Source: Promethearchaeota archaeon
GTDB lineage: Archaea > Asgardarchaeota > Lokiarchaeia > Sigyniarchaeales > SOKP01
NCBI GenBank assembly: GCA_048938445.1
Contig: JBHLME010000012.1
Location: forward strand, 1-52,107
Direction: 5' to 3'
Length of the DNA: 52,107 nucleotides
Shown here: piece by piece, positions 28,696-38,060 of the stretch
Layout of the letters: each line of letters starts with the position of its first letter
Numbering within the stretch: the first letter of the stretch is position 1
Notes under the pieces: generated by a model
The model's database searches: none
Seen by the model: the letters and a program-made list of their open reading frames with translations, nothing else
What the model was told of the DNA's origin: nothing
Position numbers and translations under genes: made by a program

Positions 28696-29547
28696 TTATT
28701 CTAGTTTTCTTATTTCACTTATTAATTTTGATGCTTCTTTACATTTTTTTTTTAGTAAGTCAATATAATCTCGTTCGTCCTCTTCCACGGCTTCCTTTAA
28801 TTTTAATAAATCCGTAGTACTTAATAAAACCTGTAAAATATTTCCTAAGTCATGAGAATATTGATCTTTTAATTTATTTTTGAGAAATGTACTGTTATTA
28901 TATTCAATGTGTATTAAAAAGATAACGATTAAAATAGTCGTTGCTATGGAAGGTATATAATTTAAAATAATAACAAATTCATTGTTTACATCATATAAAC
29001 CATAACTAAAACCTTGAAGAAAAATTATGAAGGAAATCGGAAGATATGTGAAAAAACTTAACAAAACTCCATAATACCAACGTATACTTTTACCCACTTG
29101 CTTTTTAAAAGATTTCAATCTAAATAAGGGACCTATAAAAGCTAAAATGTAAGCTAAATTATGAAATAAAAGAGCTAATTTAATAGCATTTGTGATGCCT
29201 AAGATTAATGAAGTAAGAATTGGGATGAAAATGACTATTATTATAAGAATTATTAATACATTCTTAGAGATTTTCATAAAATAAGCAAATAGTCCAAATA
29301 CTATAAATATTGTGGCAATTGATGCAAAAATAGCATTGAGTAGCAGAAAAATGTCTGATATTAAAACATCATATATACTATCAGAAATGATGGGAAAGAA
29401 TGGTGCAAAAATCCACATTAACCAAGCGATTATAAAAGTTATAAATTTTAAATTTTTTGTACTAAAATAGAAATCAATCGATGCTAGCAATCCAATAGTC
29501 CTTATAACAATAAATATTAATAAACTATAAAATACAAGATAATGCAT
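28696..29547 (-). CDS. 7TM sensor with HisKA-like phosphoacceptor helix, lacking an HATPase domain
   Basis: About 7 TM segments, then YSHDLGNILQ (H-box); the ORF ends ~50 aa later. Confidence 0.7.
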   Translation of the reverse strand: MHYLVFYSLLIFIVIRTIGLLASIDFYFSTKNLKFITFIIAWLMWIFAPFFPIISDSIYDVLISDIFLLLNAIFASIATIFIVFGLFAYFMKISKNVLIILIIIVIFIPILTSLILGITNAIKLALLFHNLAYILAFIGPLFRLKSFKKQVGKSIRWYYGVLLSFFTYLPISFIIFLQGFSYGLYDVNNEFVIILNYIPSIATTILIVIFLIHIEYNNSTFLKNKLKDQYSHDLGNILQVLLSTTDLLKLKEAVEEDERDYIDLLKKKCKEASKLISEIRKLE

Positions 29548-29793
29548 TTTAATACTTTGTACCTATACCCTCATTAATCTTATTTTAAAGATTAATAATC
29601 TAAAAACGTATCTTATTTATAAATTTCTCTCTACCAACTAATTTTTAATTTTATGTTAAATAAGGAGTGGAACTTTATGAAATAGTTATAATTTATCGGG
29701 AGAGATGATTTGAACTAAGGGAACTAAAATATAAAAAAGAAATTTATATTATAGATTTTTATTTGTAATTTATATACATAATTCATTGAATCC

Positions 29794-31518
29794 TCAATTC
29801 CAATATGCCCCTATATACTGAAATTTCAGTACACTACCATCAGAACCTATCGTGAATATATCACCATCTCCATTAACCGCTAAAGGCGCAGGAGCGTCCC
29901 AAATTAGAGGATAAGGATAATATGTAGTGTGATCTATTGGAAGATTTGATGCGATTACATCAATATGTAAATTCTCCATGTTTACTTCTATAAGTCTTTT
30001 CATAGCTGTATCAATGATGAGTAAATTCCCATTATAATCCCAAGCGAGACCTTTAGGTTTTCCCGTGTAACCATTGAGAAATATTTCTTTAACTCCACTT
30101 GCTATATTAATCTTAGTAATCCGTCCAGCAAGTGATTCAGCTACATAAAGATAACCATCCTTGAGGATTATGTCTATTGGTCCAGATAAATCTCCAGCGA
30201 CTACTCTTCTATCTCCTGATGTTAAGTTAATTTCTATGACTTGTCCTTCACCATATTCTGCAACATATAACATTAGATTATCGTCATCTAGTTCCATACC
30301 CGCGGGGCTTGAAACAGGGTAAGCAACAGGAGTCCATTCCTCAGCAATATTAGGATTTACGTTAACTACAATACCATCTATAAAATCAGCAGTAAAGAGT
30401 GATTCTCCTATCCCATTTGTCATGGTTATAGGCAAGGGATAACCAGTCGATGATAACCAAGCATTAGCCCATGTTTTATATAGATTACCCTCTTCATCCA
30501 TCTTCCTTATCATTATAGAATCGCATAAATAAAGCTGATCTTCTTTTACTACAATGCTGGCTACTGAATTTATCCCCATGGGGAATAACATACTATAATC
30601 ACCACTATCGGGATCTACCTTCCAAATCGTGCAGTCATGATAACTGCTAATATAGAGATTACCATCTGGTCCAAATGCTAGATTGTCTAATCCCGGAAGC
30701 AGATTAGCTATTGTTTCTATCTCCAAACCATCGGGACTAATTTTTTTAACCGCACCAGTAGCTATTTCAATTGTATAGATATATCCATCTGGACCAATCT
30801 TCAATGCTACAGGGGTGATTAGACCTTCAGTTACAAGATATGTAGTATCACCAGTATCCATATCCACCTCAACTATCGACCATGTTCCAAGATCAGGAAT
30901 GACGAGTTTATTATTCCGAATATCAAATCCTTCAGGTACTGCTAAGGAATCAGTTACTAATCGTGGTGGGGTCCCACCTTCTGGATCTAATTCCCATACA
31001 CGGTTACCCCAAAAGCATTCAGTCATAAATAAGCGTCCAGATGCTAAATCATAACTGATACCATTTGGACCACTCAAACCACGAACTATGACTTCCTTCA
31101 TTCCATCTGAGTCAATTTTATATACTTCTCCGGTAATTGCACTAGTTGCATAAAAATTTTCCTTATCATCAACAGTAATATCATCGGGGCAAATTACTCC
31201 ATAATAAGGTTCTACAAATGTTTTTACTCGAGGGGGTCCAATCGCGCTTAAGGTAATTCTAGAAATAGTATTTGCACTTGATTGACATACATAAAGAGCA
31301 CCATCCATACCAAAAATGAGACCATTGCAACCCCTTAATGGAGTAGATTCGATTAAAGTTACTTTTCTGTAGCCTCTATCAACAAAAATTCTCTCTTTAC
31401 ATGATGAGTTAATTGACCACGACACGGCATTAACCGAAATCAACACTGAAGTAGATAAGAAAACTGTCATAATAATAACCAATTTCATTTTTTTTTTCAA
31501 ATTTGATAACACCTTCAA
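29794..31518 (-). CDS. Secreted beta-propeller protein (SMP-30/gluconolactonase/NHL-like repeats)
   Basis: Repeated PxGI/L...GPDGxLY blades; signal peptide from likely ATG 31488. Confidence 0.82.
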   Translation of the reverse strand: MKVLSNLKKKMKLVIIMTVFLSTSVLISVNAVSWSINSSCKERIFVDRGYRKVTLIESTPLRGCNGLIFGMDGALYVCQSSANTISRITLSAIGPPRVKTFVEPYYGVICPDDITVDDKENFYATSAITGEVYKIDSDGMKEVIVRGLSGPNGISYDLASGRLFMTECFWGNRVWELDPEGGTPPRLVTDSLAVPEGFDIRNNKLVIPDLGTWSIVEVDMDTGDTTYLVTEGLITPVALKIGPDGYIYTIEIATGAVKKISPDGLEIETIANLLPGLDNLAFGPDGNLYISSYHDCTIWKVDPDSGDYSMLFPMGINSVASIVVKEDQLYLCDSIMIRKMDEEGNLYKTWANAWLSSTGYPLPITMTNGIGESLFTADFIDGIVVNVNPNIAEEWTPVAYPVSSPAGMELDDDNLMLYVAEYGEGQVIEINLTSGDRRVVAGDLSGPIDIILKDGYLYVAESLAGRITKINIASGVKEIFLNGYTGKPKGLAWDYNGNLLIIDTAMKRLIEVNMENLHIDVIASNLPIDHTTYYPYPLIWDAPAPLAVNGDGDIFTIGSDGSVLKFQYIGAYWN

Positions 31519-31782
31519 CTAATTGTTTAAAATTAGCAAGAAAAAATTAAGGATTTTTTATATAAATAGCTTTACTTTTATGTCAAAAAACTATTTTCCA
31601 ATAGAATTCTTGACTTTAAAAAAAAATTAGATTGTTTTATTTATAACTATTAAGTAAATAAAAAATCTAAATAGTAATGGAGTTTTTCCTCTTCCTGAAA
31701 TTATCCCTGAAATTCCTTTTCAAGTTTTTTTTATAATTTCTATACTATTCAAATTAAAATTCCATAAAATATATTTATTTAG

Positions 31783-31886
31783 TGGGAGAGGGGGGAATTG
31801 AACCCCCGACCACTTGGCCCCCAGCCAATTCGATAAATTTGGCTAAATGACAAATTATGTATCATACCAAGCTAGACCACCCTCCC
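31783..31886 (-). tRNA. tRNA-Pro(GGG) with a 30-nt intron (31829-31858) at about position 27/28
   Basis: Acceptor GGGAGGG/CTCTCCC; spliced anticodon arm CTTGG-CTGGGGG-CCAAG; T arm GGGGG-TTCAATT-CCCCC. Relaxed BHB TGAT-ACA...ATCG-AAT; 74 nt after splicing. Confidence 0.9.
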
Positions 31887-32080
31887 ACGTTGAGAAAGAG
31901 TGTCTTATTATTATGGAAGATAATCAATCTTTCAAATTAAAATTTGTTTTATTAATGTTAATAAATTGTTAAAAATAAAAAATTTAAAAAGTAAATTCAA
32001 ATTACCTAAAAGCAAGGTCTTTTATTAAACCGGGAATCCTTTTAAAAAAAATATACACTAATTAAAGAGTGTAATAAATA

Positions 32081-34063
32081 ATGACAGAAATGAATAATTT
32101 AAATAGTGATGATTTACAAGTTTTAAAAGATATTGGTGCTTTATCTCGATTCAAAGTCCCTGTTCCTGAAAAAAAAGCAACAACCAATAAGGGATTTTGT
32201 TATACAGCGGAAAATAATAGGGTTGTGGAACTTACTTTAATTTCAAGCGGATTAAATATTCTTCCTGAATCTATTGGGAATCTTAATTCACTCAAAACCC
32301 TAATAATAAAAATTAATGAGCTAAATGAACTTCCAGAATCTATTGGTAAACTCAACTCGCTAGAGACTTTAGATCTTAGTGGAAACATGTTAAAAACTTT
32401 ACCTAACTCTATTGGGGATCTCAACTCCTTGAAAACTTTAATCTTAGCCAATAATCGAGGATTACAAATACCAGAAGTAATTGGAAATATTTCAGCGCTT
32501 AAAACCTTGGATATTAGTTCCTTGAATTTAACATCAGTACCTGAGGCAATTGGAAACCTTTCTTCACTTGAATCTTTGGATCTAGCAGGAAACAATACTT
32601 TAGTTGAATTACCAAACTCAATTGGGCAATTAAAATCATTAAAATTTATTAATTTAAATAGCAACGCCAAACTCAAGTCTCTCCCAGAATCAATTGGAAC
32701 GCTCAGTTCACTTGAAATATTGAATTGCTCTGGAAACTTTTTATTTGAATCTCTTCCAGAATCAATCGGAAATTTAAGCTCTCTTAGAGAATTAGATTTA
32801 GAAAGAAATAAAAAATTAATTCTATTGCCAAATTCAATTGGAAATCTTTCTTTACTCCGGAAAATAAACCTAAATGGAGTTAGCCTAACAAACCTACCCG
32901 AATCAATAGGTAATCTTGAATCACTTGAACAATTATATTTATCTCGAAATCAACTGAAATTTCTTCCAAACTCGATTGGGCAATTAAAACTCCTTCAAAT
33001 TTTGGACTTATCTGATAATCAACTTGAATCCATTCCTAATTCTATTGGTAATTTATCAATGCTACGGGAATTATTATTAGCTGGTAACAATTTAAAAAAA
33101 ATGCCTGAAAGCATGTCAAATCTTACAAATCTCGAATTACTAACATTAGGACAAAATCAATTCGAACAGATACCAGATTGGATTGGTGACCTTGGTTCAC
33201 TTAAAAAATTAAGTTTTTTAAAAAATAACCTAACATTACTTCCTCGATCTATAGGCAGATTGATTGACTTGGATTATCTAGATTTAAGAATGAATCAGTT
33301 TATGGAGCTACCTGGACCACTATGGCCTTTAAAAAATTTAAAAGAATTGAAACTTGAAAACAATCCGTGGACAGAAGAATCCAAATATATAATTGACAAA
33401 CAAGATCTTCCTTTATTGCTCAATAATTGTAGAAAAAATGCCACGATAAATGTCTTTTTAAGCCATGCGGTTGCGGATTTTGATTATTTTAAAATTGATA
33501 AATTTTCTAATTACTTAGAAAAACAAAATGAGATATATACAGCATTTTATTGTGAAGAAGATTTAACAGGTAATATTGATGCATTTATGAATGAAAAAGT
33601 TCCCGAGTGCCAAATTTTAATTTTCTTTGCATCTCAAAAATCAGTTTTTAATTCTGTTGATTGTGCTCATGAACTTGACTTAGCTCGCCAATATGAAATA
33701 CAAATTGTTCCGATAAAAGGTGCTGATATTACATGGGAGGATATGAATAAAATAAATTTAAGTCGAGAATTAGGTCACGAATTTAGAATTGATGATTTTG
33801 ACGCATTCATTGCAGAAATTTTTGACTATATTAAAAAATTGAAAGAAAACGTTAATTTATTTGATACCAAGGAAGCAAAAATCGATAAGGAAAAGTTAAA
33901 CTTAAAAAATACAATCAACCACTTGATAAATTCTAAAGAATTTAGAGCGCAAATTTTTTCATCAGTAGATGAATTGAGAGGACTTTTTGAAGATTTAAGT
34001 AATAATAAAATAACTACGTTGGAGTACTTCCTTAAAAGCGCCCAAATTCTTTCTAAAAAATAA
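32081..34063 (+). CDS. Leucine-rich repeat protein with C-terminal TIR-like domain
   Basis: About 16 LRRs of consensus LPESIGNLxxLxxLxLxxNxL; then INVFLSHA...ILIFFASQKSVFNSVDCAHELDLA...IVPI (TIR betaA, betaC, alphaC Glu, betaD). Confidence 0.88.
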   Translation: MTEMNNLNSDDLQVLKDIGALSRFKVPVPEKKATTNKGFCYTAENNRVVELTLISSGLNILPESIGNLNSLKTLIIKINELNELPESIGKLNSLETLDLSGNMLKTLPNSIGDLNSLKTLILANNRGLQIPEVIGNISALKTLDISSLNLTSVPEAIGNLSSLESLDLAGNNTLVELPNSIGQLKSLKFINLNSNAKLKSLPESIGTLSSLEILNCSGNFLFESLPESIGNLSSLRELDLERNKKLILLPNSIGNLSLLRKINLNGVSLTNLPESIGNLESLEQLYLSRNQLKFLPNSIGQLKLLQILDLSDNQLESIPNSIGNLSMLRELLLAGNNLKKMPESMSNLTNLELLTLGQNQFEQIPDWIGDLGSLKKLSFLKNNLTLLPRSIGRLIDLDYLDLRMNQFMELPGPLWPLKNLKELKLENNPWTEESKYIIDKQDLPLLLNNCRKNATINVFLSHAVADFDYFKIDKFSNYLEKQNEIYTAFYCEEDLTGNIDAFMNEKVPECQILIFFASQKSVFNSVDCAHELDLARQYEIQIVPIKGADITWEDMNKINLSRELGHEFRIDDFDAFIAEIFDYIKKLKENVNLFDTKEAKIDKEKLNLKNTINHLINSKEFRAQIFSSVDELRGLFEDLSNNKITTLEYFLKSAQILSKK

Positions 34064-34283
34064 GAAAGAAAAAAAAAGTGTTCATATATAGTTTCAATAT
34101 TTTTTTAAATATCTAATTTTTAAATATTAACTTAAAACTATACTAAATAATCTTCTCTCAATTTATAGAGATAATTTTTCTCTAAATTAAATTAAAATTA
34201 TTGATTTGGGAAAGTTTATACCTTAATTATTTTTATTTAGCTATTCTTATCATTATATACCATAATTTAGAAGGAAGGAAATT

Positions 34284-34601
34284 ATGAAACAAGGAAAAAA
34301 AATCTTAATTGGAATTTGTTTGGTTTCAGCTATAATTTCTTTAGGGACTTTAAGTACTGTAGCAGCAGTTAATCCATTTCTATTAGAAATGAGCGGAGAT
34401 ATGAACCAAGATCAGGACCAAGACCGAATCCAAGAATGTGATCAAGATTGCGATCAAGAATGTTGCCAAGATTGTGATCAGGATCAGAACCAAGATCGAG
34501 ATCAAGACCAAGATCAAGACCAGGATCAAGACCAGGATCAAGACCAGGATCAAGACCAGGATCAAGATCAGGATCAAGATCAAGATTGTAATCCTGTATA
34601 A
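34284..34601 (+). CDS. Secreted Gln-Asp repeat protein
   Basis: SD-like GAAGGAAGGA; signal peptide MKQGKKILIGICLVSAIISLG; CD/QD repeats. Confidence 0.75.
   Translation: MKQGKKILIGICLVSAIISLGTLSTVAAVNPFLLEMSGDMNQDQDQDRIQECDQDCDQECCQDCDQDQNQDRDQDQDQDQDQDQDQDQDQDQDQDQDQDQDCNPV
34407..34586 (+). repeat. Hexanucleotide (CARGAY)n coding tandem repeat
   Basis: 14 uninterrupted QD units at 34503-34586, including (CAAGACCAGGAT)x4, preceded by degenerate units. Confidence 0.95.
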
Positions 34602-34708
34602 GGTGATATTTGTTTTAGTGATTTAATTTATAAGATAAATAATAAAAAATATTACCTTTTTTTTTTTTTAAAAACAAGTAAAAAAGGGTTCGATATAGAG
34701 GTTTGTCC

Positions 34709-35212
34709 TTAACTAACATTCCACATCATTGCGCATTCCCCAACTCCACCTTTTTGAACACCCTCGTATCTTAGATTCCTGAATCCAAACTTACTTTTTA
34801 CCTTTGATAAAATTCCCATCATAACTTGCGGAAACATGCAAGATGGATTTCCATGATCATGATACCTAAAATAAGTATTAGCAAAGCACATTTTGCAGCT
34901 ATCTTGTCGAGCTATAAGTTTTAGAACTTGGCCATTATCATCCTTAATTGTTTCTACTTTAGCATTATCTGTTATTGCCCATTCTTGTTCTAAGAATTGT
35001 TCCAACCTTGCCATTAAATCATCAATCGTTTCAATACCTTCATCATTGAATTCCCTTCCGATTGTTCTACCGATTTTTGTAAGGATTTCTCCTTTTTTTT
35101 CAGGGGGAAGTGATTTTTGAACAGCATACCATAGTTTAAAAAATGTACTATAAGGAACTGTTTCAAACTGTGTTGGTAGATTTTTAACTTCTTTTTCTGT
35201 TAATATTCCCAT
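34709..35212 (-). CDS. V4R/4VR-like domain protein
   Basis: KIGRTIGREF helix, CKMC...SCMFP..MMGIL...ECAM Cys pattern. Confidence 0.55.
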   Translation of the reverse strand: MGILTEKEVKNLPTQFETVPYSTFFKLWYAVQKSLPPEKKGEILTKIGRTIGREFNDEGIETIDDLMARLEQFLEQEWAITDNAKVETIKDDNGQVLKLIARQDSCKMCFANTYFRYHDHGNPSCMFPQVMMGILSKVKSKFGFRNLRYEGVQKGGVGECAMMWNVS

Positions 35213-35497
35213 TTTTATTCCTCGTATATTGTTTTAATTTTAATTTATTTTTTTAAAAAAAAAACCTATTTATTATATAATATGAAAAATTAAACCTGAG
35301 AGCTTAGGTTAAAAAATCTGAAGTAAACTAGAAATTATAAGAAATAAATTATCTTTTTATAAAACAGAAAAATATAGCATTACCAATTTAAAATTAAATA
35401 TTAAAGCAATAATTTTTATATTTAGTAGAGCGTTTTCTATCATAACATAAAAAGCAATGAATTCTCTTTTTTATAAAAAATAACAAGCAATAAACCC

Positions 35498-35794
35498 ATG
35501 CGTACTAGAAGTCCTTTTCACATATACTGGCCTCAATATTTTGATTTAAAACGAAGTAGAAGTAATGGAAGGCGCCTACCAAAAAAGTATGCTATTGATA
35601 AAGTGTCTTTAGATTTAATTGCTAAAGCTGCCAGAAGATTAGGATATAATACTGAAATAGAAAAGAGTTATAGATACCCTAGGACTTGGTGGGATGAACC
35701 TGGGAGAGTTTTAATTGATACCAAAGGGAAAAATAAATCGAAAGTATTGCTTGAAATTGCTAAAGAAATGAAAAAAATGCGAACAAAAAAATAA
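35498..35794 (+). CDS. srp19: Signal recognition particle protein SRP19
   Basis: YWPQYFD..RSRSNGRRLPK, YPRTWW..GRVLI, KSKVL. Confidence 0.95.
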   Translation: MRTRSPFHIYWPQYFDLKRSRSNGRRLPKKYAIDKVSLDLIAKAARRLGYNTEIEKSYRYPRTWWDEPGRVLIDTKGKNKSKVLLEIAKEMKKMRTKK

Positions 35795-35809
35795 AAAAAA
35801 TTATTTATC

Positions 35810-36181
35810 ATGCATGAATTCGCGTTTGCTTATGATATTTTTAAAGTTGCTGAGGCTACAGCAAGAAAATATAATGCTAGAAAAATTACTGAAGTAGTTC
35901 TAGAAATCGGAGAATTAACTTTAATCGTTCCCGAACTTTTACGAAAATCTTTTGAAATGGCTACAACAGGATCAATTGCCGAAGGTGCCTATTTAAATAT
36001 TCAAATAGTTCCAGGAAAAATTAAATGCAAGGAATGTAATAAGATTTCATATGTAACTTTAACAGAAGAAGCACAATTAACAGGTTTACAATTATTTAGA
36101 TGCACTTTTTGCGAAAGTCCTAATACTGAAGTTATAGATGGAAAAAAAGCAAACGTCAAAAACATAAAAATACAAGAATAA
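35810..36181 (+). CDS. hypA: Hydrogenase maturation nickel metallochaperone HypA
   Basis: MHE N-terminus, IGELT, CxxC...CxxC, VIDGK. Confidence 0.93.
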   Translation: MHEFAFAYDIFKVAEATARKYNARKITEVVLEIGELTLIVPELLRKSFEMATTGSIAEGAYLNIQIVPGKIKCKECNKISYVTLTEEAQLTGLQLFRCTFCESPNTEVIDGKKANVKNIKIQE

Positions 36182-36201
36182 GTTTAAAATTAAAGACTAA
36201 A

Positions 36202-36579
36202 TTATACTAAAATTGCGTTCATTACTCCATGTTGTCCAGGTCTACTCGTTACTCTAGCTTTTCCTAACTCAGTATCAACTATGGTTCCCTTTGTTATTAT
36301 ATGCCTTCTATTCAAGTCCTTAGAAGCAGTATTACTTTCAAATCTGAGGATTTTAGTTTTAGAAGTTTTATTTGTATTTGGATCTGTCACGTTAATGTAT
36401 TGAGTAGCAAATAATTTTAACTTGAAATTTCCACCCATAGTTCGCTGTTTTTTCTTTTTTTCTTCCCCTATTTCTGTATTTATTGGGGGTCTTGCTAATT
36501 CTCTCTTTCTTTTTTTATGAGAATGCTTGTACTTTTTTCCGGTGTATTTTCTTTTTGAACGAGCCTGTGATCTGGCCAT
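36202..36579 (-). CDS. rps8e: 30S ribosomal protein S8e
   Basis: RSKRKYTG, RTMGGNFK, IITKG, ARVTSRPGQHG. Confidence 0.97.
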   Translation of the reverse strand: MARSQARSKRKYTGKKYKHSHKKRKRELARPPINTEIGEEKKKKQRTMGGNFKLKLFATQYINVTDPNTNKTSKTKILRFESNTASKDLNRRHIITKGTIVDTELGKARVTSRPGQHGVMNAILV

Positions 36580-36621
36580 ATCAACTAAACCATACTACAT
36601 TTAAAATTATAGTATAGAAAA

Positions 36622-37365
36622 ATGAATGATGTCTTTAATATTTTTACATTAGACATAAATAAAAGTAAATTAAATATAAATCCAATTTTTATTAATAATA
36701 TATCATTATCAAATAATAGAATTAATATGATGCAAAATAGAGATATTACAAAGATTGATAAAACAAGCATGGATAACGTTATTAAGAGCAGCACAACAAC
36801 CGTTGGAGTAATGGTGAAGGATGCGGTTGTAATTGGAACAGAATCCCAAGCAACGGCAGGTTTTACCGTAGCAACAAAAACAGCTCAAAAACTCTTCCAG
36901 ATTAATGATTATTGTGCCGCAACTATTTCAGGGGGTGTTGCTGACTGCCAATATGTCATCAATCAATTACAAGCATTATCTAGACTAAAACAAGTAGAAG
37001 AAAATGAAGTCCCTGAACCAAAATATATTGCGAATATTACCAGGAATATCTTATTTCAAGGACGCTCTTATTTTGTTGCAATGATGATTGTTGGAGGATA
37101 TTCTGTCAAAGAAAAAGCTGGAAAACTTTATGGAATTGATTTATTAGGAACTTTATATGAAGAGAGTAATTTTTTATCATATGGTTCTGGTTCCCCATTT
37201 TCCTTGGGCGTTTTGGAAGCTGATTGGAAACCTGATATGACAAAAGAAGAAGGAATTGATTTGATAAAAAATGCAATCACCAGTTCTAGGGAACGCGATG
37301 CGGGTTCAGGTTTTGCTCTACAAATCTGTACGATAGATAAAGATGGATTCACACAAATTCAGTAA
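36622..37365 (+). CDS. psmB: Proteasome beta subunit
   Basis: TTTVGV N-terminal nucleophile after a propeptide, ISGGVAD, GSGS, RDAGSG; true start probably ATG 36727/36730. Confidence 0.95.
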   Translation: MNDVFNIFTLDINKSKLNINPIFINNISLSNNRINMMQNRDITKIDKTSMDNVIKSSTTTVGVMVKDAVVIGTESQATAGFTVATKTAQKLFQINDYCAATISGGVADCQYVINQLQALSRLKQVEENEVPEPKYIANITRNILFQGRSYFVAMMIVGGYSVKEKAGKLYGIDLLGTLYEESNFLSYGSGSPFSLGVLEADWKPDMTKEEGIDLIKNAITSSRERDAGSGFALQICTIDKDGFTQIQ

Positions 37366-37471
37366 ATATATTCTTTTCAAATTATTTTATTAATAAATTA
37401 ATTTTAAACGATTTTGAGATTATTTTAATTTTGGTATTTTAAAAAAAATAAAATTAAAAATATTAAGATTT

Positions 37472-38011
37472 TTAATATGCTATTTCAAATATATCATACC
37501 ACGGGGATTTAAAAGTAAACACGCCAAATTCTGCTATAGAAATTATTATTAGAATTATGATCACAATCTTTACTAGTAAGTTATATTCGAATTTTTCATA
37601 CCACTTTTCAAGAATGAGGACAGGAAATACTGAAATAAAACACATTAAAATCGAATAAATTGCTTCTAATGCAAGAATAGTAATTGGATCTCCAAACATG
37701 GAACCAATTAGATAGAAAAACATACTCATGTACGGAATGAGAAATGTTGAAAGCAGTCTTGAAAACAAAAATTTTTCCTTATCTTCTATTTGGTTTCTAA
37801 AAATAACATATTCAATTATGCTAAGAAAAATATAGACGTAAAATCCAATCTTCATGTGCTGATATATTGATTCATTAGTACCGCTAAAAATTGCAATTAT
37901 TATATTTGGAAACCAATCATATAAGTAATGAAATAGCATGAATAGTAGTAAAAATACGATTGCCTTACCGAGAATGTAAAACTTATTCTCTATTTTTAAT
38001 TTGATATCCAT
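37472..38011 (-). CDS. Membrane protein (DUF6512-like)
   Basis: LFHYLYDW...NESIYQHMK motif, about 5 TM. Confidence 0.6.
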   Translation of the reverse strand: MDIKLKIENKFYILGKAIVFLLLFMLFHYLYDWFPNIIIAIFSGTNESIYQHMKIGFYVYIFLSIIEYVIFRNQIEDKEKFLFSRLLSTFLIPYMSMFFYLIGSMFGDPITILALEAIYSILMCFISVFPVLILEKWYEKFEYNLLVKIVIIILIIISIAEFGVFTFKSPWYDIFEIAY

Positions 38012-38060
38012 TCTAATCTCCTAAAATTTAGTGAATTTAATGTTTAATTTTATAATAATA

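Noticed and set aside
32200-33370. Recurrent ~69-72 nt periodic DNA similarity and antisense ORF 32200-32676
   Set aside because: Explained by LRR coding repeats
34407-34586. Possible CRISPR array
   Set aside because: 6/12-nt tandem units with no spacers; coding repeat; no cas genes
34383-34626. ORFs 34383-34583 (-, poly-IL/VL) and 34438-34626 (+, IKTR repeats)
   Set aside because: Alternative-frame shadows of the QD hexamer repeat; only the QD frame has an SD and a signal peptide
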